Below, piece after piece: positions 27,423-36,441 of a DNA stretch of 64,000 nucleotides. The first letter of the stretch is position 1. Each line of letters opens with the position of its first letter. The translations under genes were made by a program, and so were the position numbers. The stretch comes from Actinomycetota bacterium (GTDB taxonomy: Bacteria > Actinomycetota > Geothermincolia > Geothermincolales > RBG-13-55-18). The notes beneath the pieces were generated by a model, which worked only from the letters and a program-made list of their open reading frames with translations, did no database searches and was not told the DNA's origin. The stretch is from NCBI GenBank assembly GCA_014360655.1, contig JACIXC010000001.1, positions 228,715 to 292,714 of the forward strand, given 5' to 3'.

Positions 27423-27874
27423 CGGGTTGGACATGGGGGTCGGACATGGGATGCCCTCCTCCGGCGCAGAGCAACGGCTCGCACGGCGGGGCGGCCGGTA
27501 AGGCGCCTTTCATCACGCGTCCACCGCGAAGGCCGCTCGCGCCTGGCTCGGAGGAGCCGCGTATGCCCCACCGGAGGATCCGGGACAGGCCCCATCCGGT
27601 GACGCGATATCCCCTTTTCCTGAGGAGCGCGGCCGGCGTCCGTTCAATGATTGCGACCCCGTGGCCGAATTATTTATGGTTGAGCGGGGAGGATGCCGAC
27701 TCTCCCGCAAAGGCGGGGGGTGGGCGGGGAACCCGGGGCGCCCGCAAGGGAAACCGGAAGCATCGGCCCGCGTGCATGATGGTCAAGGTGTTCGAAGGCT
27801 GCGTCTCGCCGCCGGGCGTGACCCGAAAAGGCGGCAAGCCCGGCGAGAAGTGAGCGTGAGGCCGGGAAGGCGGC

Positions 27875-30556
27875 GTGGAAGGAACACGAGGGATAATGGA
27901 AGGGAACCTATTTCCGCGGGACCGGCACCCGGCCTTAAGTCGCGGAAAACGTGAATGCCTCTGGGTTTTCCTGCTCTTCCTGGCCGTCACTTTCGCGTTC
28001 TTCTGGCCGGCTCCCCTTCACCTGGCGACCCGGATCATCGGAGACAGGTACGACGCCTTCCTGAACTGCCATATCGTGGCCAGGGTCGCGAGTGCCCTGC
28101 CCTTCCGCCCCGGGAGCATGTACCAGCTCGGCTTCTTCTTCCCGGCGAGAGATGTCCTCACTTATTCGGAGCACCTCATCACCCTGGGCCTTCTCGCCCT
28201 TCCCGCGTACAGGACGACCGGCAACATCGTGCTCTCCTATAACCTGCTCTTCCTCTCCGGCTTTTTCTTCTCCGCCCTCACCTGCTACGCGCTGGTCAAG
28301 TACCTGACGGGCAGCCGCCTGGGAGGAGTCGCGGCCGGGCTCTTTTACGCCTTCTGCCCCTACCGCTTCGCCCAGCTCGGTCATATCCAGATCATCTTCT
28401 CGCCTTTCCTGCCGCTCATACCCCTCTACCTCTTCAAGTACATGGAGACGGGCAGGCGAAGGGACCTGGCGTTCTTCGCGCTCTCTTTCCTGGCGCAATC
28501 CCTGGTGGGATGGCACCACGCCGTCTTCTGCGTGCTAGTCTTCGCGCTTTTCTGGCTCTGGCACGCCGCCTTTTCGAAGGGAGGGGGAAAATGGCGGCGC
28601 CTTTCCGCGCTCCTGGTCTCCTTCCTGCTCATGCTGGCGGTCCTTTCCGCCGTCGCCGTTCCCTACCTGCAGACCAGGAATCGCCTTCCCGACTTCAACC
28701 GGCCCCTCGAGGAGACGGTTTCCTTCTCCCTGCAAGCGGCGGATCTCGCAAGGGTCAAGGATTACAATCTCCTGTACGGCAGGCTGCTGCCGCTGGCGGC
28801 CGATGCCTTGACGAGCGATGAGCACATCCTCTTCCCGGGGCTGGTGGTCCCCCTGCTCGCACTCTTCATACTGACGCGCCTTATCGCGCAATGCCTCAGG
28901 CGTGGCGGGGAAGATCCCGCCGCCAACGGGACCGGCACGGGGTGCGGCGGCCCCCCTTCCCCCGTTTCCCACGGGCGCGGCGGGGAAGGCGCCGCCGCAG
29001 CCACGCGCACGGCCGCGGACCGCAGGGTGCCTTTTTTCGCCGTGCTCTTAATCCTGTGCTTGGTCTACATGGCGGGACCCAAGCCCGGCGGCATTACCAA
29101 CCCCGTTTACTGGCTGAGCTTTCTCGGCAACCGCCTCAGTTTCATCAGGGTACCCACGCGTTTCTTCGTGCCCGCCTCGCTGTGCCTCGCGGTGCTCGCC
29201 GCATACGGGATCTCCCATCTCGCCGGCCATGCCGGGTGGGCTTCCGGGGGATCGCTTGCAAGGCGGGCGTTTCCTGCCCTCCTCGTCCTCCTCCTGCTCT
29301 TCGAGGTGGCCTCCTTCCGCGTCCCGCTCTTCGCCGCGCCACGTAAAGACGATCTTCCGCCCGTATACGAACGGCTGCGGGAGGAAGAGGAGGCGACCAT
29401 CATGGAGCTCCCCGCGGCAGACCTTTTCGACATTCTCTACATCAGCAACCGCCGCATATACTTCGTGCCCGTCAATCCCGTGAAGGGATACGTGGAACGC
29501 GAGTGCACTTCCCTGTTCCTCTCCATCCTGCACGGCAAGAGGACGGTCAACGGGTACAGCGGCTACTTTCCTTACCAGTACAACACGGCCTATATCGAGG
29601 CGAAGGGTTTTCCATCCGCAAGATCGGTGCGTCTCCTGGCATCCATGGGAGTGGACTACGTGGTGTGGCACTGGGAATGGGTGGAGCCCGAGAGGCGCCA
29701 GGAATACGAGGAGCGCCTCTCCTCCACCCCGGGCATCGAGTGGGCCGGGGATTTCGGGATGCAGGGGCTTTTCCGGCTGCTGCCCCAGGAAACGGCGGAA
29801 ATCGCCGACGTCGAGTTGCAGCTGGTCGCCCCCTCAGTGGCCCCGGAAAGGGAGGAACTCAACCTCGGGCTCATCGCCAGCAACACCTCCGCCCTGCCTT
29901 TCATGGCCAACGTCGAGGAGTGGCAGGACTTCGACGCGGTATTCTCGGATGGAAGTAACTGCTATTCCCTGCGCGGCAGGTACCGCCTTCCGCTTTACAT
30001 GGACGGCGGCGAAAGCGTCTCCATACCCCTCACGCTGGAAAGCACGCCCCCCTCCGGGGATTACAGCCTGGGGATCACGCTTACCGGGGGCGCATTCTCC
30101 GGCCGCGCCCTCTCCTCCTCGATCTCCCTCCGCCCCGCGAGCGACTTGACGGGTTCGGGAATCATAGCCGGGAATATCACTCTTTCCGGCGAAGCGTCCT
30201 TGACCATCCCTTCACCGGGAGGCCTCTACCCCCTCGTCCTCCAAGCGGAAAACACCGGAGGCATTTTCTGGAAAGCGGCCTGGGAAGACGAGAAGGCGCA
30301 GGAATATCCCTACGGACTCGTTTTCCTGGGGACGAACTGGTCCGGGGAGGATAACTGGAGATATAGCGGCCATATGCCCTTCCTGCCCTGTGATCTCTCC
30401 CCGGGCCAATCCGCCAGCGTGCCCATGGTATTGAGGGTACCGGACGCAGCCGGCGTCTACCGGCTGAACCTCGCCCTCTTCGACTTCAGGTACGGCATGG
30501 TAAGCGAACCACTAAGCCTGGAATTGAGAGTGGGGGAAGGCGCATATGCGAAGTGA
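27875..30556 (+). CDS. Large polytopic membrane protein (893 aa), GT-C/YfhO-like candidate, paralog A
   Basis: More than 10 N-terminal TM helices with a loop-1 motif FFFPARDVLTYSEHL. A large extracytoplasmic C-terminal region ends in Ig-like β-sandwich modules (LPCDLSPGQSASVPMVLRVPDAAGVYRLNL). It is clearly paralogous to the next gene. There is a Pro/Gly/Ala-rich insertion around aa 340-390. Confidence 0.55.
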   Translation: MEGTRGIMEGNLFPRDRHPALSRGKRECLWVFLLFLAVTFAFFWPAPLHLATRIIGDRYDAFLNCHIVARVASALPFRPGSMYQLGFFFPARDVLTYSEHLITLGLLALPAYRTTGNIVLSYNLLFLSGFFFSALTCYALVKYLTGSRLGGVAAGLFYAFCPYRFAQLGHIQIIFSPFLPLIPLYLFKYMETGRRRDLAFFALSFLAQSLVGWHHAVFCVLVFALFWLWHAAFSKGGGKWRRLSALLVSFLLMLAVLSAVAVPYLQTRNRLPDFNRPLEETVSFSLQAADLARVKDYNLLYGRLLPLAADALTSDEHILFPGLVVPLLALFILTRLIAQCLRRGGEDPAANGTGTGCGGPPSPVSHGRGGEGAAAATRTAADRRVPFFAVLLILCLVYMAGPKPGGITNPVYWLSFLGNRLSFIRVPTRFFVPASLCLAVLAAYGISHLAGHAGWASGGSLARRAFPALLVLLLLFEVASFRVPLFAAPRKDDLPPVYERLREEEEATIMELPAADLFDILYISNRRIYFVPVNPVKGYVERECTSLFLSILHGKRTVNGYSGYFPYQYNTAYIEAKGFPSARSVRLLASMGVDYVVWHWEWVEPERRQEYEERLSSTPGIEWAGDFGMQGLFRLLPQETAEIADVELQLVAPSVAPEREELNLGLIASNTSALPFMANVEEWQDFDAVFSDGSNCYSLRGRYRLPLYMDGGESVSIPLTLESTPPSGDYSLGITLTGGAFSGRALSSSISLRPASDLTGSGIIAGNITLSGEASLTIPSPGGLYPLVLQAENTGGIFWKAAWEDEKAQEYPYGLVFLGTNWSGEDNWRYSGHMPFLPCDLSPGQSASVPMVLRVPDAAGVYRLNLALFDFRYGMVSEPLSLELRVGEGAYAK

Positions 30557-30706
30557 CGGCCGCGTTGCTCGCCCTTCCCCTTTTCCGGGGATCGAAAGGA
30601 TGTCGCCCGCGTGCCGATAAGATATTGTTTCGCGCGACGGCGTGGAAAAAGTTAAGGGTTTGAGACGGGAGCTTGTTCTCAAAATGCGAGCGAGCGGGGT
30701 CTGCAT

Positions 30707-33355
30707 ATGAAGTGCACCAAGAAATGCGAATACTTCAGTGTTTTAGTCTTTTTCCTGCTCATCGCGATCATCTTCACCTGGCCTCTTGCCCTCCACGTGC
30801 AGAACTCCTTACCCGGAGATAACGGTATATACGAGGCGACCGGCGAGCTGGGAGGCTACGGTGACGCGCTGCACGCGGCGTGGCTCACCGCCTGGAACGC
30901 CAGGGCCATCTTCACCAGTCCCACCAACTTCTTCCAGGGAAATATCATTTACCCGTCACGCGACGTTAACACCTACTCGGAGCACCTGTTCATCCTCGGC
31001 GTCGCAGGCGCACCCGTTTATTTCGTGAGCCGCAATCCGGTGCTCACCTATAACTTCCTGTTCTTTCTCGCCCTGGTACTCTCCGCTTTCGGAGTCCACC
31101 TCCTGGTCAAGGAGTTGACGGGAAGCCGCTGGGGCGGTCTGGCTGCGGGGCTCTTTTTCTCCTATTGCCCTTTCAGGATGGCCAGGACGGATCATCTCTG
31201 GTTCCTCTTTTCCCTTTTCCTGCCCTTCATGCTCCTCTACCTGTTCCGTTACCTGGAAAAGGGCGAGCGCAAAGACATCGCCCTCTTCGCCCTCTTCTTC
31301 CTCCTGCAGTCCCTCTCAAGCTGGCATTACACCATGTTCTGCGCCATCTCGGCCGGGCTGCTGCTGATCTGGACGGCGGCACTTTCCCGCCGGCGCGAGA
31401 CATGGAAACGACTGACGAAAGCCGCGGCGGCCATGGCCATTATGGGGGTTCTCCTCGTGCCCCTGCTCCTGCCCTACCTGCGGACCCATTCCCGCATGCC
31501 CGGATTTGAGCGTTCCGTTTCGGAGAATATAACATACTCGGTGCACGCCACCGATTTTCTCAGGATACCGCCTCAAAGCGTTCTCTACGGCGGCGCTCCC
31601 GGCCCCTTGCGCTACACGATGGCCTTTCGCGGCGCGGCCCTTTTCCCGGGAATACTGGCGATCGTCTTCATGCTGTCCGGCTTATTCACGCTCCGCAGAA
31701 GGCGGTCCGCAAGCGCGGGCCCGGAAGAAAGCCGCGGGGATTGTCCCGAGCCCATCCTCGAAGCGCCCAAGCCCGGGGCAAATTCGATCAGAGAGAAGCT
31801 CTTGTCCTTGCGATACCGACTCTTTTTCCTTCTCCTCTTCCTGGTAAGCTTCCTGCTGTCCTGGGGACCACGGCTGGGAAAATTGAGCAACCCCTTTTAT
31901 GACCTACCTTACAGGCTCGGCATTCTGCGCTTTACGCGTACTCCCATGCGTATTTATCTCCTGGCCATATTGGGCATCTCCGGGTTGATCGGTTTTGGCA
32001 TCGCCGCCATCGCTGCCGGCTTCTCAAGACGGTTTAAAGACATAAGAAGGGGGAGGATGGCAACGGGGGCCCTGGTGCTGGTCTTCGCTCTCGAGATCGC
32101 CACCTTCAACCTGCCCATATATCGCGTACCCGTATGGGGAGAAGTCCCCGACGTTTACGCGTGGGCGGCGGAGCAGGAGAATATCCGGATGATCGAGCTT
32201 CCCGTCCCACCCTTATCGCCTCGGACTGCTGTCTATAGCGGGTGGGACATGGACTATATAACCGAGGATCCCGTTAAATACACGGAAACCGACGGTCTCG
32301 CCATGTATTACAGCACCTATCACTGGAAATATATAGTAAATGGCCGGAGTTCGTACTTTCCTTATTTTTACCGCCACATATACAATGAAATGGCCTCTTT
32401 CCCATCACAAAGGACCCTGGATCTTCTCTCCGGTCTGGGGGTCGATTACGTCATCTGGCATCGCGACTGGGTAGATGACCGGGAAAGGGGCGCCTATGAC
32501 AATATGTTGCTTTCCTCTCCCGGGCTTTCCGTCGAACGTGATTATGGAAACACCGCCGTCTTGCGCATCAAGCAGGTATGCACCGCCGCCGCCGGGGATA
32601 TCGGGCTCAGCCTGGTGACCCCGGTAACGGCACCTCAGCGGGAACCGTGCAATATGGGATTCATCATGCGCAACGATACCCCACACCCCTTCGTCATGGC
32701 CGTGGAGGAAGCCCAACGGGCCAGGGTCTTGTTCGCCGGAGACGGCGGCATGTTCGAGTTGCATGGCTCTTTTCGCGTGCCGCTGTTCCTGGAACCGGGG
32801 GAAGAGGCCTCCGTCCCCCTGTCCCTCCCTGAATCCCCCCCAGCGGGCACATATGATGTGAGGATAGACCTCGAAGCGGGGGTCTTCGCCCCGCGCACCC
32901 TTGAAGCGGAAATGTCCTTCCGTACCCAGGAGGAGATGGTGGGCGGCGGGGAACTGGATGGGGCGATATCTTTCGCGAAGGGAAACGAGCCCATCCTGTT
33001 ACCGGTACCGAACGCCCTCCAAACCGTCGTGCTCCGCGTCGAGAACACCGGTTCCAACCACTGGCTGGCCTCGTGGGACTACGAACATCCCGAGGAGTAC
33101 CCTTACGCTTTGGTGTACATATGGGCATTCTGGTTCAAGGATGGTCAGCAGACATCGGGTCATGCCATCGGGTTCATTCCGTGTGACCTCTCGCCGGGCC
33201 AGGCGGTTTCATTCCCCGTTACCGTAAGGACCCCGGATACTCCGGGCACGTATAACTTGACCACGGCGCTCTTCGACGCTCAATTAGGCCAGTTCAGCAG
33301 TTCCACCAGCATACGGGTATCGGTGGGCGAGCAATCGGTGGGCGACCAGACATGA
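30707..33355 (+). CDS. Large polytopic membrane protein (882 aa), GT-C/YfhO-like candidate, paralog B
   Basis: Shares co-linear motifs with paralog A (IIYPSRDVNTYSEHL, LTGSRWGGLAAGLFFSYCPFRMA, WHRDWVDDRERGAYDNMLLSSPG, IPCDLSPGQAVSFPVTV). Confidence 0.55.
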   Translation: MKCTKKCEYFSVLVFFLLIAIIFTWPLALHVQNSLPGDNGIYEATGELGGYGDALHAAWLTAWNARAIFTSPTNFFQGNIIYPSRDVNTYSEHLFILGVAGAPVYFVSRNPVLTYNFLFFLALVLSAFGVHLLVKELTGSRWGGLAAGLFFSYCPFRMARTDHLWFLFSLFLPFMLLYLFRYLEKGERKDIALFALFFLLQSLSSWHYTMFCAISAGLLLIWTAALSRRRETWKRLTKAAAAMAIMGVLLVPLLLPYLRTHSRMPGFERSVSENITYSVHATDFLRIPPQSVLYGGAPGPLRYTMAFRGAALFPGILAIVFMLSGLFTLRRRRSASAGPEESRGDCPEPILEAPKPGANSIREKLLSLRYRLFFLLLFLVSFLLSWGPRLGKLSNPFYDLPYRLGILRFTRTPMRIYLLAILGISGLIGFGIAAIAAGFSRRFKDIRRGRMATGALVLVFALEIATFNLPIYRVPVWGEVPDVYAWAAEQENIRMIELPVPPLSPRTAVYSGWDMDYITEDPVKYTETDGLAMYYSTYHWKYIVNGRSSYFPYFYRHIYNEMASFPSQRTLDLLSGLGVDYVIWHRDWVDDRERGAYDNMLLSSPGLSVERDYGNTAVLRIKQVCTAAAGDIGLSLVTPVTAPQREPCNMGFIMRNDTPHPFVMAVEEAQRARVLFAGDGGMFELHGSFRVPLFLEPGEEASVPLSLPESPPAGTYDVRIDLEAGVFAPRTLEAEMSFRTQEEMVGGGELDGAISFAKGNEPILLPVPNALQTVVLRVENTGSNHWLASWDYEHPEEYPYALVYIWAFWFKDGQQTSGHAIGFIPCDLSPGQAVSFPVTVRTPDTPGTYNLTTALFDAQLGQFSSSTSIRVSVGEQSVGDQT

Positions 33356-33373
33356 GGGGACATGCACGCATCC

Positions 33374-34057
33374 TCATTCCACCATCCAGAGGAGGTTATC
33401 CACCTCGCTCTCCTCTCCCGCCCAGCGCATGAGATAGGCGGCGAGCTGGGTGGCCAGGACCTTCAAATCATCGGTGTTCAGGTAATGGGAGCAGCAGCGG
33501 TCGAAGAGCACGCGGCACTGCGGCGGGAACTCATCGTCTCCCCAGTGGAGCACGAGGAGCAGGGGCACGCGGGGGAAGGCCCTGAACACGAAGGACTCGT
33601 CGCCGTATTCCGCCCTTGCCCCTCCCAGGTGGACGGCCGCCTCTCCCAGCAATCCCCTTGCGTAGCCGAAAATCCTGGCCAGGGGCTCCTCAACGGTGGG
33701 AACGAGGGTGGCGGCGTAGAACCTGCCTCCCGGCAGGTCCCGGTAGGCTATCCACTCCCCCGTCTCCGGCAAGCCGCAGGAAAGCTTCACGTAGCGGAGG
33801 GCCAGCACGCGCAGCGAGAAGCTGTCGATACGGGATGGCACCTTCATCTCGCCCCGGGGCATCGATATCTCCACGGCATCCCCGAAGGAGGGTATGACGA
33901 GGCGTTGTACGCCTTCTCCAAGATCTTCGCAGCGGAAGGCGCCGAGTTCGGCCTGGCGGCACAGGTCGGCGTTCCTGATCTCCTCCAGGGCGCCCTCTAA
34001 TGCCGCCTCCCGGCGCCTTGCGCCGTCATCTACGCCATAAACGTCACCTTCGCTCAT
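33374..34057 (-). CDS. DUF3786-like protein
   Basis: About 228 aa from MSEGDVYG. Conserved-looking blocks LVLHWGDDEFPPQCRVLFDRCCSHYL. The stop is only 18 bp from the convergent stop of paralog B. Confidence 0.45.
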   Translation of the reverse strand: MSEGDVYGVDDGARRREAALEGALEEIRNADLCRQAELGAFRCEDLGEGVQRLVIPSFGDAVEISMPRGEMKVPSRIDSFSLRVLALRYVKLSCGLPETGEWIAYRDLPGGRFYAATLVPTVEEPLARIFGYARGLLGEAAVHLGGARAEYGDESFVFRAFPRVPLLLVLHWGDDEFPPQCRVLFDRCCSHYLNTDDLKVLATQLAAYLMRWAGEESEVDNLLWMVE

Positions 34058-34974
34058 GGCCTTTATATTAGCGCAACGGCGCAAGCGTGGCGCGGCCCGA
34101 AAACGCCCGGCCCGCCGGGGAGGGCCCGCCGCGCGTCTTTCAGGCGCAGCGGGTTTGCCCGGATTGGAGCATGGTCCGCCTCGTTTCCTCCCGTCTGATG
34201 GCGGGGGATCGACGAGGTTGCGATATCGTGCCCGGAGTGAAGTATGGTCCGCCGTATGATCCGCCCTTCGCGAGCGTAAACGCGGGGGCGCAAATGCGTT
34301 GCCCCCTCACATCATGCCTTTTTCGCAGGCGCCTGTCTCCGGTGAAGAAAAAAATGGATAACCCTAAGGAGTTACCCTCATATCATGCCTCTTTCGCAGG
34401 TGCCGGTCTCCGCTACGCGTCCGCGTCCCCGCCTTCCTCCCCTACCTCGTCCCCGGCCTCGCGGGGCTCATAGGGGTCTTCGTTCCTCGCCCTGCGGCCG
34501 ATGGCCCGCTTGGAATATCTTCCCCTGCCCTTCCAGAAATCCGGCTCCAGCATCTGCAAACCCTTCACCTCCCGTTATCTTCCGTCATCAAGTCTATAAA
34601 TTATCAACTATCGTATACAATAATATACTATAATTTACGAAATCAACAACTACATCTTCACTTTCTTCGCATCCAGGGGAATGGCATGCCCATTTCGCCG
34701 TTCGTCCCACCTATGCCGTTTGCCGTCGCAATCTTCAGGCCACGCCACCGTAAACGTCACCTCCTACCAACCATCACCGCGGTCACCCCGCTCGATCCAT
34801 CGCCCGCGATACCCCCACCCTTTGCTTGAGATAAGCACTCAGCGTGAGGAACATGACGCCATTTCCCGCACGGCCGCCAAAACCCAACTCCCACATCTCC
34901 ACTTAAAGATAGCGCGAGCCGATGACGAATCTGTAGTTAGCCCGGGAACGGCATCGGAAGAGGGAGGTCCGCAC

Positions 34975-35517
34975 GTGGGTATCTTCCGGCGCGAGATACG
35001 ATTCGAGGTAGATGAAGCCCCTGATGGGAGAATATTCATAGAGGGAACCCTGCGGGATACCCGCCTGGGGGACCCCATCCACGTCATCAAGGTAAGGTCG
35101 GAGGTGGACGCGCTGGAGGGCCGTATCCTCGCGCTCGAGGGGGAGATGCTCCATGTTCCCCACGAGGACTGCCGGCATGCCCTCCAGACCATCGACCGCC
35201 TGGTGGGTGTGCGTATCGTCCCGGGGTTCACCCAGCTGGTGCGGGAAGTGGTGGGATCGCCGGAGGGGTGCTCCCACCTCGCCGTGCTGGTCACCAACCT
35301 GGGCCACGTGAGCGTGCAGGGGAGAGGCGCCCTGGTGGTGCACAAGTTCGGCGGGGACGAGCGGGCAGTGCGCCTCATGCGCGAACAGGCGCTGCAACTG
35401 GGCATCGTGGACAACTGCTATACCTGGCGTAAGGACGGCCCCCTGGTCAAACGTTTGCGGGAGGCGGCGGGAAGAGACGGAGGCGCCGCGGGGGATAGCG
35501 GCGGCGAGCCGGTATGA
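34975..35517 (+). CDS. DUF2889-like protein
   Basis: GTG start preceded by a GAGGGAGG SD. Contains CRHALQTID and GCSHLAVLVTNLGHV, Cys/His motifs characteristic of DUF2889. The longer upstream ORF reading from 34681 is low-complexity. Confidence 0.45.
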   Translation: MGIFRREIRFEVDEAPDGRIFIEGTLRDTRLGDPIHVIKVRSEVDALEGRILALEGEMLHVPHEDCRHALQTIDRLVGVRIVPGFTQLVREVVGSPEGCSHLAVLVTNLGHVSVQGRGALVVHKFGGDERAVRLMREQALQLGIVDNCYTWRKDGPLVKRLREAAGRDGGAAGDSGGEPV

Positions 35518-35544
35518 TGAGAAGGAGCGGGTAGGGAGCCGCGC

Positions 35545-36321
35545 ATGCTCGGCAAGATATATTACGGCTTCGTGGTGTTTCTCTTCGGGCTGGCGGTGGG
35601 CAGTTTCGACAACGTGGCCGTCTACCGCGTACCGGAAGGGATACCGCTGTGGTCGCCGCGCTCCTTCTGTCCCCACTGCAGGAACACCATAGCCTGGTAC
35701 GACAACATCCCGCTGCTCAGCTATTTCCTGCTGCGGCGGCGCTGCCGAGGTTGCGGAGAACCCATATCCGCCCGCTACCCCCTGGTGGAATTCGTGAGCG
35801 GGTCGCTCTTTCTCGCCGTCTTCGCACGGCTCGGGTTCGCCTGGCGGGCGGAACTCGTCCCCTACCTGTTCATGGTCACCGTGCTCGTCATCGTCTCCGC
35901 CATCGACCTTGACCGGCAGGTGATCCCCAACAGGATCCTTTACCCCGCCATCCCCGTCGGGCTGGCGGCCATGGGGCTGGTGGCCCTCGCACGCGGGGAT
36001 GCCGGCATGATCCTGCGCAGCCTGGCCGGGCTGGCCATCGGCGGGGTGCCCCTGGGGCTCCTGGCCCTGCTCATCCCGCGCGGGATGGGGATGGGCGACG
36101 CCAAGCTGGCCGCCTTCACCGGCATCTTCCTGGGTTATTACCAGCTGGTCGCCTTCTTCTTCGCCTTCCTGCTGGGTTCGCTCGTCGGCATCGGCCTCAT
36201 GGCCGCGGGCAGGAAGGGGCGCCGCTCCCGCATACCCTTCGGGCCCTTCCTGGCCTGCGGAGCGCTGGCGGCGTTGTTCTGGGGAGAATACCTCTGGAGC
36301 CTGTATACGAGGTTCTTGTGA
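35545..36321 (+). CDS. Prepilin peptidase (A24 family, PilD-like)
   Basis: 258 aa. The N-terminal Cys tetrad (CPHCRNTI...CRGCGEPI), catalytic Asp contexts (AIDLDRQVIP; GMGMGDAKLAAFTG) and 6-8 TM helices are present. Confidence 0.85.
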   Translation: MLGKIYYGFVVFLFGLAVGSFDNVAVYRVPEGIPLWSPRSFCPHCRNTIAWYDNIPLLSYFLLRRRCRGCGEPISARYPLVEFVSGSLFLAVFARLGFAWRAELVPYLFMVTVLVIVSAIDLDRQVIPNRILYPAIPVGLAAMGLVALARGDAGMILRSLAGLAIGGVPLGLLALLIPRGMGMGDAKLAAFTGIFLGYYQLVAFFFAFLLGSLVGIGLMAAGRKGRRSRIPFGPFLACGALAALFWGEYLWSLYTRFL

Positions 36322-36441
36322 ACACCGGGCGGCCACGTGCGCTCACGCATCGGGCCGAATATGAACACACATGAAAGGTCACAGGGAAACGGGATTGCGG
36401 CATGGAAATATACTTTGCGATGAACACGGGATCTCAAGCGG

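Noticed and set aside
26100-27434. 444-aa ORF antisense to the PIG-V-like membrane protein
   Set aside because: Highly charged (E/R/G) composition, inconsistent with any fold. The plus frame encodes about 10 clean TM helices.
34681-34974. N-terminal 98 codons of the 278-aa ORF containing DUF2889
   Set aside because: Low-complexity S/P/R-rich. A GTG with a strong SD at 34975 gives a protein of typical DUF2889 length.
34903-36336. 477-aa ORF antisense to the prepilin peptidase/DUF2889 genes
   Set aside because: Gly/Pro/Asp-rich junk. The prepilin peptidase on the plus strand has a canonical Cys tetrad and Asp motifs.
36138-36437. Short minus-strand ORFs (76-99 aa) between the prepilin peptidase and DUF2723 genes
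   Set aside because: They overlap the 3' end of the peptidase gene and the intergenic region, with Arg/Pro-rich composition and no ribosome-binding site.
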